Shown here in pieces: positions 18,532 through 28,141 of a DNA stretch of 32,000 nucleotides. This DNA comes from Nitrosopumilus sp. (GTDB lineage Archaea; Thermoproteota; Nitrososphaeria; Nitrososphaerales; Nitrosopumilaceae), in NCBI GenBank assembly GCA_029864235.1, contig JAOTTW010000001.1, positions 85,099-117,098 on the forward strand, written 5' to 3'. Positions within the stretch are counted from its first letter, which is position 1. The number at the start of each line of letters is the position of its first letter. The translations under genes were made by a program, and so were the position numbers. Below the pieces are notes generated by a model that searched no databases, was not told the origin of the DNA, and worked only from the letters and a program-made list of their open reading frames with translations.

Positions 18532-19244
18532 TTTTTCCATTGCCACTTGTAATTCATATACGAATCTAAAGTGGATTGATTAAAAACCATTACAGACAAA
18601 TCAGAAAATTCTTTTCCTTCCAAATCTTTTACTGTACCTATAAAACTTGTTTCATTTTCAGTTGTCAATGCTTCAAACACATGCACCTTCATCTTTTTAG
18701 TATCAAATCCATTATATCTTAGATAAATTGCAATCTCTGAAGGCATAAAGTGTTTGTCTGGTTGTTTTGGCCATGGTCTTGGTACTAAAATTACGCTTAA
18801 TCCATCGATTAACGCCTTTTGTAGCTCCAATTTTTTTTCTTCAATTGATGTTGTTACATGCATTGTAATGACTTTAGACCTATCTAACGGAACTTTGGCT
18901 TTCGCAGCAGCAACTTGAATTGAACTAATTCCCGGAATAATTTCTACCTGACCAAAAATTTCAATTAATCTATCAACCACTTCTGATTCAGAAAAATTTA
19001 CATCACCTGTGAAAGGAATTACTAAAATACGTTCACCTAATTCTGACAGAATTTTTTGATAAGAATTTTCTTGATTATTCATAGTAATTTCATACACTTC
19101 TTTTCCTTCTAACAAATGTTCAATTGTTTTTAGAGTATACTTGTATCCAATTACAATATTGCAATTTTGTATGATCTCTTTAACAATTTCAGTTACATAT
19201 TTTGGTGAACCTGGACCAACACCTAGAGCGTAAATTTTTCTCAA
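18528..19244 (-). CDS. Tetrapyrrole (corrin/porphyrin) methylase family protein, CbiE/CobL-like
   Basis: N-terminal IYALGVGPGSPKYVT (GxGPG SAM-binding loop), IPGISSIQVAAAKAKVP and ITMHV are typical of the TP-methylase fold. The subfamily assignment is tentative. Confidence 0.55.
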   Translation of the reverse strand: MRKIYALGVGPGSPKYVTEIVKEIIQNCNIVIGYKYTLKTIEHLLEGKEVYEITMNNQENSYQKILSELGERILVIPFTGDVNFSESEVVDRLIEIFGQVEIIPGISSIQVAAAKAKVPLDRSKVITMHVTTSIEEKKLELQKALIDGLSVILVPRPWPKQPDKHFMPSEIAIYLRYNGFDTKKMKVHVFEALTTENETSFIGTVKDLEGKEFSDLSVMVFNQSTLDSYMNYKWQWKN

Positions 19245-19246
19245 TT

Positions 19247-19738
19247 TTACTTTGTAAATTTCTGCCTGTCTTTAATATATTGCACAAATGGCTTCCAATC
19301 AACCTTCATGAATTTTGTAGGTTCCTTAAGTGGATACTTAACCCAATCCTGCGCAATAGAATACTGAAATCTTTCTTTCTTTCCATTCTTCTCATATTCA
19401 AGTTTCAAAATACTTCCCCATGACTTTTCTTCATGGGAAATGCTTGTAATATCATCAAATGAAATTTCTATGTTCTTTTCATTTTCCAAATCTTTAATCA
19501 AATTTCTCTCATTATACCCATCATGTGTAATCATGGTATTTTTTGATTTAATGAAATTTACAACTTGCCTTTGAATTATTGCTTGCCACCATTTCATTTT
19601 TGCTTCAGTCTTATGAATAAACATCAAATGTTTTTCTGTTAAAACTAACATTCCTTCTTTTCCACCAATAGAAACAATTTTTTTTGGCTCTCTCCATACA
19701 GAAACTAAATGTGCCTGAATTTTTTCATCAGGTTGCAT
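19247..19738 (-). CDS. Hypothetical protein, possible PH/GRAM-like fold
   Basis: 163 aa. EGMLVLTEKHLMFIHK ... ISFDDITSISHEEKSWGSILKLEY resembles bacterial PH/GRAM-type beta-sandwich signatures. It abuts the methylase gene with a 2-nt gap on the same strand. Confidence 0.3.
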   Translation of the reverse strand: MQPDEKIQAHLVSVWREPKKIVSIGGKEGMLVLTEKHLMFIHKTEAKMKWWQAIIQRQVVNFIKSKNTMITHDGYNERNLIKDLENEKNIEISFDDITSISHEEKSWGSILKLEYEKNGKKERFQYSIAQDWVKYPLKEPTKFMKVDWKPFVQYIKDRQKFTK

Positions 19739-19811
19739 ATTATGCTGATTGATGAGACTTTTTAAAAACTAATACAATTGGCTTTTAAGTAAGACCCAAA
19801 AATGCAATTTA

Positions 19812-21326
19812 TTGAAGACATTTTTAGCAGTTATTTTATTTTCAATACTTTTTATCGGATTTGAAAGTCAATCATTTGCTCAAAACGACGATAAACTTGT
19901 CGTACTATACACTAATCTTGGAAATATTGTAATTGAGTTTTTCCCAGATGATGCTCCAAATCATGTTTCAAATTTTATTAAATTAGTAGAAACTGAATTT
20001 TATGATAAAACCTTATTTCACAGAATTATTCCTGATTTTATGATTCAAGGTGGAGACCCAAATACAAAAAATAATGATGAAAATACTTGGGGAGTAGGCG
20101 GACCTAAAGATTCTATAAATGCTGAATTTAATAACATAAAACACAATAGAGGAATTGTTTCTATGGCAAGAGCTGCAGATCCTAATAGTGCAGGCTCTCA
20201 ATTTTTTATAGTGCATAAAGATTCAAATTTTCTTGATGAACAATATACTGTTTTTGGAAGAATTGTGACACAAGAAAGTTTTGATACACTTGATAAGATT
20301 GCAGCAGTTAAAACTAAAACTAAGGATATTCCAGTTGATGCCGATCAAGTTAGGATTATCAAAACCGAAGTAGTTAACCGCTCAGAAATAACAAATCTAC
20401 TTGAACTTGGTGAGCCAGAAAGAACTAAATCTATAACATCTCCTTTAACTGGTAATCAACTATATGAAAGTCAATCTTTAGAAATTACATTTAGTGCACC
20501 TGCTGGTTGGTTGCTACAAGAACCTGAAAAGATTGATGAACTTACACCTGATGTAGTTGCAGTTGGACCAAAAATTGGACCAATAAACCCTGTGATATCA
20601 CTAACAATTACAAACTCGAATGGAAAAAGCCTTGATGAATTAGTAGTAGAAAAAACAGAATTTTTAAAAAATGCTGTAGAATCTGGTAATCTTGAAATAA
20701 TTTCACAAGAAAAAACCATAATCAATGATAAGGATTCCTATATTACAAATGCACAAGGAACATTTCAAAGTAACGAACAATCATTTAAGGTAAAATTTAG
20801 AGAAGTAATAATCTCAACACCTGAAAAATTCTATATTTTTGCATATAGTAATGGAATTGAAAATTTTGATGATGAAATTTCTAGATTTGAAGAATCTGTA
20901 AACTCTTTTTCAATTCTCTCAGAAAAAATCAAGGAAGATTCATTACTAAATGTGGAGGAAGGCGGTGGATGTCTTATTGCAACTGCAACCTATGGTTCTG
21001 AAATGGCACCACAAATACAAAAATTAAGAGAATTAAGAGATAATACTTTTCTTGCAACAAAATCAGGAACTGCATTTATAACAGAATTCAATCAATTATA
21101 CTATTCATTCTCTCCAACAATTGCTGACATGGAACGAGAAAATCCTATATTAAAAGAAACTATAAAAATTGTACTTACTCCAATGCTTACCAGTTTATCA
21201 CTCCTAAACCATGTAGATATTAATTCAGAACAAGAACTACTGGCATATGGAATTGGAATTATTCTTGTAAATATTGGAATGTACTTTGTTGCACCAACAA
21301 TGATTATTTACAGAATTAGAAAATAA
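19812..21326 (+). CDS. Secreted cyclophilin-type peptidyl-prolyl cis-trans isomerase with long C-terminal extension and Cys-containing membrane anchor
   Basis: Signal peptide MKTFLAVILFSILFIGFESQSFA. Cyclophilin core FHRIIPDFMIQGGDP ... GIVSMARA...NSAGSQFFI. C-terminal GGGCLIATATYGSEMAPQIQKLRELRDN plus a terminal TM helix and basic tail. TTG start: in-frame stop at 19770-19772 and no ATG or GTG before 19812. Confidence 0.85.
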   Translation: MKTFLAVILFSILFIGFESQSFAQNDDKLVVLYTNLGNIVIEFFPDDAPNHVSNFIKLVETEFYDKTLFHRIIPDFMIQGGDPNTKNNDENTWGVGGPKDSINAEFNNIKHNRGIVSMARAADPNSAGSQFFIVHKDSNFLDEQYTVFGRIVTQESFDTLDKIAAVKTKTKDIPVDADQVRIIKTEVVNRSEITNLLELGEPERTKSITSPLTGNQLYESQSLEITFSAPAGWLLQEPEKIDELTPDVVAVGPKIGPINPVISLTITNSNGKSLDELVVEKTEFLKNAVESGNLEIISQEKTIINDKDSYITNAQGTFQSNEQSFKVKFREVIISTPEKFYIFAYSNGIENFDDEISRFEESVNSFSILSEKIKEDSLLNVEEGGGCLIATATYGSEMAPQIQKLRELRDNTFLATKSGTAFITEFNQLYYSFSPTIADMERENPILKETIKIVLTPMLTSLSLLNHVDINSEQELLAYGIGIILVNIGMYFVAPTMIIYRIRK

Positions 21327-21328
21327 TT

Positions 21329-22684
21329 CTACCAAACATCATCAACTTCATCTAGAACCTTGTATTCTTTTTCTGGTTCACGTCTCATAAATTTCAATCT
21401 TGAAATATCCCTATCAAATAAGATATCTATTGTCCAATCAAGAAATACTCTTAATCGTTTATCCCATGTTGGGATTTTAGACAAGTATAAATTTCTCCAA
21501 AGAATCCATGCTAAAATTCCATGGATATTCATTCCTAAAAACGATGCAATTCCTGTCCTTTTTCCAATGATTGCCATCTGTCCCTTTGATTCATAAACAA
21601 ACTTTGTTTTCTCTTTATTCCTTATTATTGCATGTAAATTATTTGCAGCAACTTTTGCTTGTGCTTCTGCAATTTGAGCAGTTGGTGCATATGGTTTCAT
21701 TGTTTTTGGATCCAAAAACAATGCACAATCTCCAATTGCAAACACTCCTGGAAAATCTATGACTTCCAAGTTTTGATCTACTATAATTTTCCCCTTATCT
21801 GTTTTGAATAATGATCTTTTGATGGTATTAACAGGAGTTACTCCAGCAGTCCAAATTACAGTCTTTGATTGAATTGAACTAATTGCTGAACCATTTGTCA
21901 TATCTTTATCAACATCTAGTTTCTTAATCATTACCTCATCACCATCAAAACTTGTCACTGCTGTCTGCAGCTTGATTTCAATTCCATGATGTGTTAATTT
22001 TTCTTGTGCAAAACCAGCAAGGCTTTCCGTAAAACCAGGCAAAATGTTTGGTAGTGCTTCTAAAACAATCACTCGAACATCCTCTCTCTTAATATTTGGA
22101 TAATATTTTCTAACATCCAAAAGGAGATCCATTATTTCCCCAGCTGTTTCAATCCCTGCAAAACCACCGCCTACAATTACGAAAGTTAGAAGACTTTTTT
22201 TTAGAATTGGATTAGTCTCATTTTCTGCTTGTTCAAGCATATCTATTATTCTATTTCGTACCATAACTGCGTCATTGAGTGTCTTCATTTGATACGCATT
22301 CTTTTCAAGATCATTCATTCCAAAAAAATTTGTTTCACTACCTAAAGCAACTACTAGAAAATCGTAATGAAGTGAAACTCCTCTTTTACTTCCACTTCCC
22401 CATAAATTTACGATCTTTCCATATGGATCAATATTTTTGACTCTACCTTCATAAAAAATTACTTGCTTCGTGATTGTTCTAATTGGCATTACAATATGTC
22501 TTGTCTCTATCATCCCAGATGCAACTTGTGGTAGCATTGGAGTGAATAACAAGAAATTGTCTTCACTAACTAAAACAATTTCTATTTCAGAATTATCTTT
22601 AAAATATTGCTCTAATTTTCTGGTACATTCCAAGCCTGCAAAACCACCGCCTAAAATAACTATTTTCTTCTTATTTCGAGCCAA
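21329..22684 (-). CDS. Type II NADH dehydrogenase / FAD-dependent pyridine nucleotide-disulfide oxidoreductase (NDH-2 family)
   Basis: KIVILGGGFAGLE (first dinucleotide fold), FVIVGGGFAGIETAGE (second) and FAIGDCA near the C-terminal third. Confidence 0.85.
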   Translation of the reverse strand: MARNKKKIVILGGGFAGLECTRKLEQYFKDNSEIEIVLVSEDNFLLFTPMLPQVASGMIETRHIVMPIRTITKQVIFYEGRVKNIDPYGKIVNLWGSGSKRGVSLHYDFLVVALGSETNFFGMNDLEKNAYQMKTLNDAVMVRNRIIDMLEQAENETNPILKKSLLTFVIVGGGFAGIETAGEIMDLLLDVRKYYPNIKREDVRVIVLEALPNILPGFTESLAGFAQEKLTHHGIEIKLQTAVTSFDGDEVMIKKLDVDKDMTNGSAISSIQSKTVIWTAGVTPVNTIKRSLFKTDKGKIIVDQNLEVIDFPGVFAIGDCALFLDPKTMKPYAPTAQIAEAQAKVAANNLHAIIRNKEKTKFVYESKGQMAIIGKRTGIASFLGMNIHGILAWILWRNLYLSKIPTWDKRLRVFLDWTIDILFDRDISRLKFMRREPEKEYKVLDEVDDVW

Positions 22685-22752
22685 TTATTAATATCCGTAA
22701 AATTACTGAATATATCCTATGAGTTTAAATCTAAAATAGCAAAAAACAGAAT

Positions 22753-23418
22753 TTACCTAGACCTAGTAATCTCAGAATAAAGTATTTCATATGCTCTCGA
22801 AGCATCTGAACCATGGAGAATTATGGTTATACTTTCCTGACTGAAAAATGCATTAACAAGCTCTATCCCATTTGAATGCAAAACTTCTGCGACATAAGAT
22901 ACAGCATCTGATTGATTGTGATTTGGTGGAATTGATATTCGAATTTTTGCAAGACCCCTACTGAAAAACTCATCTTGATTAGGAACATTTTCAAATATTT
23001 GCCTTATGGCATCTACATCTTCTGTTAGAAATCTAAACGAATCAGATAGTCTGAAAAATTCATAATTACTGGTAATTTTTGAGAATTTATTTAAAATTGT
23101 AATTGGATCCATCTCTAAATCCTTTACCGAGAATTTAATATCCATCATTCCATCTGTTAACACTAATCTAGCATTTTTAAGAACAGATTCCTCCTTTACA
23201 TCATCTTTGACTTCAAAAGAATCCGCAAATCGTTTGATGGCAACCACAATTGTATTTAGATTAACTGAATTTCCTAAAGTCTTTTCAACTTCAGGTTGTA
23301 TTTTTACAGCCAATGCTGTAAAATTTATCAAATCCATCTTCATACAGTCATAAATTGAACGATTTCTAGCGATTAATTCTCTAACTACTTCAGGAACAGA
23401 AATACTTGAAATTCTCAT
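22753..23418 (-). CDS. Hypothetical protein with C-terminal ACT-like domain (possible small-molecule-sensing regulator)
   Basis: C-terminal LAKIRISIP......AVSYVAEVLHSNGIELVNAFFSQESITIILHGSDASRAYEIL matches the ACT pattern (la.isivg..pGv.a.i...L...gI.i......s...is.vv...d...A...L). Divergent from hsp20. Confidence 0.4.
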   Translation of the reverse strand: MRISSISVPEVVRELIARNRSIYDCMKMDLINFTALAVKIQPEVEKTLGNSVNLNTIVVAIKRFADSFEVKDDVKEESVLKNARLVLTDGMMDIKFSVKDLEMDPITILNKFSKITSNYEFFRLSDSFRFLTEDVDAIRQIFENVPNQDEFFSRGLAKIRISIPPNHNQSDAVSYVAEVLHSNGIELVNAFFSQESITIILHGSDASRAYEILYSEITRSR

Positions 23419-23530
23419 CTAATAATATTAGATAATGTCAATTATAATAGGATTTTGTAAAATAATGATAGAATATTAATAATCTTTATATAATGTCATA
23501 TACATTACATTATACAGGTGAATATGACAA

Positions 23531-24022
23531 ATGTTCTTTGATGATGAGTTTGATAGAATCTTCAAAAGAATGTCACAATCTTTTTTCAATATAGATGACA
23601 TGTTTGAAGAATTCAAAGGAAAGGATTCTACAGGTCCATTTTATTATGGTTATACAATGACTGTTGGCCCTGACGGAAAACCTATGATAAGGGAATATGG
23701 AAACGTAAAACCAGGATTGCTTCCCACAGCTGATACTAGGGAACCAATTGTAGATACAATTGTAGATGAAAAAGATAAACTAGTAAAGCTTGTAGCTGAA
23801 ATGCCTGGAGTCGAAAAGACTGATGTAAAAATTGTTGTACAAGACAAATTTGTAGATGTTTCTGCAGAACATGGTGAGAAAAAATATCATGCCAAAGTTC
23901 CAATTAAGTACAAAGTTGATGAAAACTCTGCAAAAGCTTCATACAAAAATGGAATTCTTGAATTAGTTTTTAAACTAATTCAAGATGAAAAACCAAAGGG
24001 TAAAACGGTGGAGGTAGAATAA
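23531..24022 (+). CDS. hsp20: Small heat-shock protein, Hsp20/alpha-crystallin family
   Basis: Alpha-crystallin domain: VDEKDKLVKLVAEMPGVEKTDVKIVVQDKFVDVSAE ... ASYKNGILELVF. Confidence 0.9.
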   Translation: MFFDDEFDRIFKRMSQSFFNIDDMFEEFKGKDSTGPFYYGYTMTVGPDGKPMIREYGNVKPGLLPTADTREPIVDTIVDEKDKLVKLVAEMPGVEKTDVKIVVQDKFVDVSAEHGEKKYHAKVPIKYKVDENSAKASYKNGILELVFKLIQDEKPKGKTVEVE

Positions 24023-24037
24023 CCTCTCCAAAATTTT

Positions 24038-26188
24038 ATGGTGAAAAAAATGAATGAAATTATTTTAAAAATAGATGAGATTCCGAAACAACATGTTGGA
24101 AAAGGAAGAGCAATAATTGATCCTAAAATTCTTGAAGATACAAAATGGAGTACTGGTCAGATTTTAGAATTAACTTACAACAAAAAAACACATGTAAAAC
24201 TTTGGCCAAGTTCACCTGAAGAATATGGTACAGGTATTATCAAAATAGATGGAATTACCAGACAAAATATTGGGGCTGGTATCGGAGATAAAATCACAAT
24301 AAAATCTGTTGAAGCAATAAACGCCGAACAAATTATTTTATCTCCAACCGAAAAAATTGCAGCTGAAGGATTACAAGAATACATGATTTACAATTATCTT
24401 AATCATGTCTTTACAACTGGTGATACTATTTCTCTTAATACCCAAATGGGAGGAAGAGTTCAATTTGTTGTGACTAGTACAAAACCAGCAAAGCCAGTTA
24501 TAGTTACAGAACAAACAGTATTCAAACTAGGCAACATGACAAAGGCTGTAGATACAACTTTTCCACGAATTACATATGATGAATTAGGGGGTTTAAAAAA
24601 TGAAGTACAAAAAATTCGAGAAATGGTAGAATTACCAATGAGACACCCAGAACTATTTGAGAAAATAGGTGTTGAAGCACCAAAAGGTGTATTGTTATAC
24701 GGACCACCAGGCACTGGTAAAACTCTATTAGCAAAAGCAGTTGCTGGTGAGACAAATGCACATTTTATTTCACTTAGTGGTCCTGAAATAATCGGAAAAT
24801 ATTATGGTGAAAGTGAAGAGAGAATAAGAGAAATTTTTAATCAAGCAGAGGAAAATTCCCCAAGTATTATATTCATTGATGAAATTGATTCAATTGCTCC
24901 AAAAAGAGATGAAGTTTCTGGCGAAGTTGAGAAAAGAATTGTTTCTCAACTTTTGACATTAATGGATGGAATGAAGAGTAGAGGAAAGGTAGTGGTTATT
25001 GCTGCTACTAACAGACCAGATTCAATAGATCCAGCATTAAGAAGACCTGGAAGATTTGATAGAGAAATTGAGATTGGCATTCCTGATGAAGAGGGAAGAA
25101 ATGAGATTCTTTCAATTCACACACGTGGAATGCCAATCGATGAGAAAGTAAATCTTAAACAAATCTCAAAGACTACTCATGGATTTGTAGGAGCTGATTT
25201 GGAATCTCTTTCTAAAGAGGCAGCTATGAGAGCCTTGCGAAGAATATTACCAGAAATTGATCTGGATGAAGAAAAAATCTCAAAAGAAATTCTCCAAAAA
25301 ATTCAGATTACTGATGAAGACTTTAAAGAAGCACTTAAAGAAGTCAGACCAAGTGCTCTAAGAGAAGTTCAAGTACAAGTACCAAATATTAGTTGGGATG
25401 ATGTTGGTGGTCTGAATGAACTCAAAGAGGAATTACGAGAAGCAATTGAATGGCCTATCAAACACAAAGAAGCTTTTGAATATGTAGATATAGAATCGCC
25501 AAAAGGTGTATTGTTATACGGACCACCAGGCACTGGTAAAACGTTGATTGCAAAGGCATTGGCAAAAATGACTGATTCTAACTTTATCAGCGTTAAAGGA
25601 CCAGAACTGCTTTCAAAGTGGGTTGGTGAATCAGAGAAAGGCGTAAGGGAAATATTTAGAAAAGCACGTCAAGTCTCGCCATGTATAATTTTCTTTGATG
25701 AAATAGATGCACTTGTTCCAAGAAGAAGTGGGAGTGATTCATCACATGTTTCAGAAAATGTAGTATCACAAATACTCACTGAAATTGATGGCCTTGAAGA
25801 ATTACATGATGTTTTGATAATAGGTGCTACAAACAGACTAGACATTGTTGATGATGCTCTATTAAGACCTGGAAGATTTGATAGGATTATTGAAGTTCCA
25901 AAGCCTGACATAAAAGGAAGAGAGCAGATATTCAAGATTCACACCAAAAACAAACCACTTGCAGAAGACATAGATATTTCAAAAATTGTTGAACTCACAA
26001 ATGGATTCAGTGGAGCCGAAATGTCAGCAATAGCAAATAGAGCAGCGATATCTGCCTTGAAGAGATATGTTGGTGGCAAATCTAAAAATGTCAAAGACAT
26101 TAGGATTTCTCAAAAAGACATCCTTGACGCCATTGAGAAAATCAAGCCTAGAGAAAAGGAACAACTCATAACTCACTCCATAAAATAG
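24038..26188 (+). CDS. cdc48: CDC48/VCP/VAT-type AAA+ ATPase (N domain plus D1 and D2)
   Basis: 716 aa. N-terminal double-psi-barrel-like region, two AAA modules each with GPPGTGKT Walker A and IIF(I/F)DEID Walker B, plus second regions of homology. Confidence 0.95.
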   Translation: MVKKMNEIILKIDEIPKQHVGKGRAIIDPKILEDTKWSTGQILELTYNKKTHVKLWPSSPEEYGTGIIKIDGITRQNIGAGIGDKITIKSVEAINAEQIILSPTEKIAAEGLQEYMIYNYLNHVFTTGDTISLNTQMGGRVQFVVTSTKPAKPVIVTEQTVFKLGNMTKAVDTTFPRITYDELGGLKNEVQKIREMVELPMRHPELFEKIGVEAPKGVLLYGPPGTGKTLLAKAVAGETNAHFISLSGPEIIGKYYGESEERIREIFNQAEENSPSIIFIDEIDSIAPKRDEVSGEVEKRIVSQLLTLMDGMKSRGKVVVIAATNRPDSIDPALRRPGRFDREIEIGIPDEEGRNEILSIHTRGMPIDEKVNLKQISKTTHGFVGADLESLSKEAAMRALRRILPEIDLDEEKISKEILQKIQITDEDFKEALKEVRPSALREVQVQVPNISWDDVGGLNELKEELREAIEWPIKHKEAFEYVDIESPKGVLLYGPPGTGKTLIAKALAKMTDSNFISVKGPELLSKWVGESEKGVREIFRKARQVSPCIIFFDEIDALVPRRSGSDSSHVSENVVSQILTEIDGLEELHDVLIIGATNRLDIVDDALLRPGRFDRIIEVPKPDIKGREQIFKIHTKNKPLAEDIDISKIVELTNGFSGAEMSAIANRAAISALKRYVGGKSKNVKDIRISQKDILDAIEKIKPREKEQLITHSIK

Positions 26189-26217
26189 TCTAAATACTAA
26201 GGGCAATGTGATAAAAT

Positions 26218-26436
26218 ATGAAACTTTATCTTGACTTTGATCCATGTCAGGAATGCAACATAATGATGGCAGAGCTAAGCAGTCCTGAGATGTTATTTGC
26301 TGATGAAAAAACTCGATCAGACGAATCTGCAAAATTTCTCAGACATTTGACATATAATCATAACGAGGTAGTTCAAGCCGTTATGGAAGACCTTCCAAAA
26401 CAAAAAAGAGATCAAGAACCTGATTTCTACAAATAA
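26218..26436 (+). CDS. Hypothetical small acidic protein
   Basis: 72-aa ORF in a tight gap after cdc48. No recognisable motif. Confidence 0.35.
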   Translation: MKLYLDFDPCQECNIMMAELSSPEMLFADEKTRSDESAKFLRHLTYNHNEVVQAVMEDLPKQKRDQEPDFYK

Positions 26437-26510
26437 CTCTTTTTTCATTCTTTGAATTTAGTAATCATATTCATATACAAAATTATTCTAGATTCTATGG
26501 TAATAATAAA

Positions 26511-26897
26511 ATGAAAATCATTGTTTTACTTGGTTTAGCTGCGGTATTTTTTTCATTGGGTTCTTTTCAACTTTCACTTGCACTTGAAACTGAACAAGAA
26601 CCAGAACCTCCAAAAATTCCAGAGCCATCACCGGAACCAGAACCCATAAAATTACCAAAACCAGAACCAGTTCCTGAACCATTTCCAGAAGAAACAGAAT
26701 CAGAAAAAATTCAAAGACTTACTGAAGAAAATACTAGGCTTCAAGAACAAATTACAGATTTACAAAAAGAAAAATCAAATCTTAATACAGAAATAATAAA
26801 ACTAAAAGATAGAATAGAAAGCCTTAATGAAATCATCATGGAACAAATTAGAGTAATTATGGATTTGGTTAATAGATTTAGAGAAGTTATATTATAA
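26511..26897 (+). CDS. Secreted or anchored protein with PEP-rich linker and coiled coil
   Basis: Signal/TM segment MKIIVLLGLAAVFFSLGSF. Low-complexity EQEPEPPKIPEPSPEPEPIKLPKPEPVPEPFPEE. Heptad-like LTEENTRLQEQITDLQKEKSNLNTEIIKLKDRIESL. Confidence 0.55.
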   Translation: MKIIVLLGLAAVFFSLGSFQLSLALETEQEPEPPKIPEPSPEPEPIKLPKPEPVPEPFPEETESEKIQRLTEENTRLQEQITDLQKEKSNLNTEIIKLKDRIESLNEIIMEQIRVIMDLVNRFREVIL

Positions 26898-27020
26898 GAC
26901 CACTCTTATCAATAATTAATTTTGAAAATTAGTTAATATGTGATCTTATACAAAAATTAAAACGATATTCACATTTTTTAAATATATTCTAATTTGATTT
27001 ACAGTTACGATATACTAAAT

Positions 27021-27974
27021 TTACAATAAATTAGAATGACACTCGCTATCCTCATCATCTAAAATTTTGAGTGTTTTTTTGATAAGTACAGCCCGATTTC
27101 TAATTGTAACATCACTGACTCCTGATTCAATTGAAAATTTCTTTTGACTAATTTTTTCACCGTTAAGAATACATGCTATATATAGAGATGCTGCAGCCTG
27201 AGCTACAGGGTGTTTTCCTGCTGTAATCATCTCATTCTCACATCTCTTTAGAATATCACATGCATCTCTCTTAGTCTTTTCTTTTAAATTCATGTTATTT
27301 GAAATCTTTGAGATAAATGATGTTGTATCATACTGATTTAGATTTAATCCCAATTTTTTGATTATTGTTCTCAAGTCTCTAGACAAAATACGTCTTTCAA
27401 CATTTCCTACACTTGCAATATCATCTAATGTCCTTGGAATGTTGTTTTCTCTACATGCAGCATATAATGCAGCTGAAACTAATGAAGACATTGTCCTTCC
27501 TCTAGTAAGTTTTGCATTGACTACTTTCCTATAGATATAGGCAGCATTCTCAACTACGTTATCAGAAACGCCAAGCTTGGTTTTCATTCCATGCAATAAA
27601 GTAAATGCTTTGCTTAAAGTTGATGTTTTTCTTGATTTACTTCTTTGATCCCAGGTTCTAAGTCTATTAAATTCAAATTTCGTTTTGCTAGATAATGCTT
27701 TTCCTGTAGAATCTTTATCTATTCCAATCACCGTTGATAATCCCTTATCATGCATGGTTAATGAAGTTGCAGGACCCGTTCTTGCAAATTTCATATATTC
27801 CTCTTGAGTATAACCATTGTTTTCATGTGAAATATCTGCTATGTTTTGTACTAAAACCAAACCGCACCCCCCACAAAACATTTCCCCTCTATCAGAATCT
27901 GTTATTACAGGGTAGGTTTTGCAAGTATCTAGTTGACACTTAACATCATAATCATTAGAATAATTTACTACCAC
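27021..27974 (-). CDS. tfb: Transcription initiation factor IIB (TFB)
   Basis: N-terminal zinc ribbon (C..C...CGGCG) followed by two cyclin-like repeats (LPRTLDDIA, VAQAAASLYIAC). GTG start at 27974; the next Met lies inside the zinc ribbon. Confidence 0.92.
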   Translation of the reverse strand: MVVNYSNDYDVKCQLDTCKTYPVITDSDRGEMFCGGCGLVLVQNIADISHENNGYTQEEYMKFARTGPATSLTMHDKGLSTVIGIDKDSTGKALSSKTKFEFNRLRTWDQRSKSRKTSTLSKAFTLLHGMKTKLGVSDNVVENAAYIYRKVVNAKLTRGRTMSSLVSAALYAACRENNIPRTLDDIASVGNVERRILSRDLRTIIKKLGLNLNQYDTTSFISKISNNMNLKEKTKRDACDILKRCENEMITAGKHPVAQAAASLYIACILNGEKISQKKFSIESGVSDVTIRNRAVLIKKTLKILDDEDSECHSNLL

Positions 27975-28141
27975 TACTAACTACATATTACATTTATCAG
28001 ATAAAAAGAAATTGTAACAGGCAATTTTGTTATGAAAATTAAATATTGTAAACAAAAAATTCCTAATTTTTAATTTAGAAATCTTTCTAAATTTAGAACA
28101 ACATAGGTTATATTAAATGTTAAAAATAAATTTTAAAAAAA

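Noticed and set aside
19745-19760. CUGA and UGAUGA strings upstream of the cyclophilin gene as a C/D-box sRNA
   Set aside because: The box order is wrong (CUGA before UGAUGA). There are no matching downstream D box, terminal stem or C'/D' boxes.
23494-23533. Hairpin (TGTCATA...TATGACA) in the hsp20 leader as an RNA thermometer
   Set aside because: The SD-like GGTGA (23517-23521) falls in the loop rather than the stem. The stem is only 7 bp of A/U-rich pairs, and no fourU or ROSE-like feature is present.
26218-26436. C-x2-C ... H-x4-H in the 72-aa ORF as a C2H2 zinc finger
   Set aside because: The spacing between the Cys pair and the His pair is about 29 residues, far from the canonical 12. 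There is no supporting hydrophobic core pattern.
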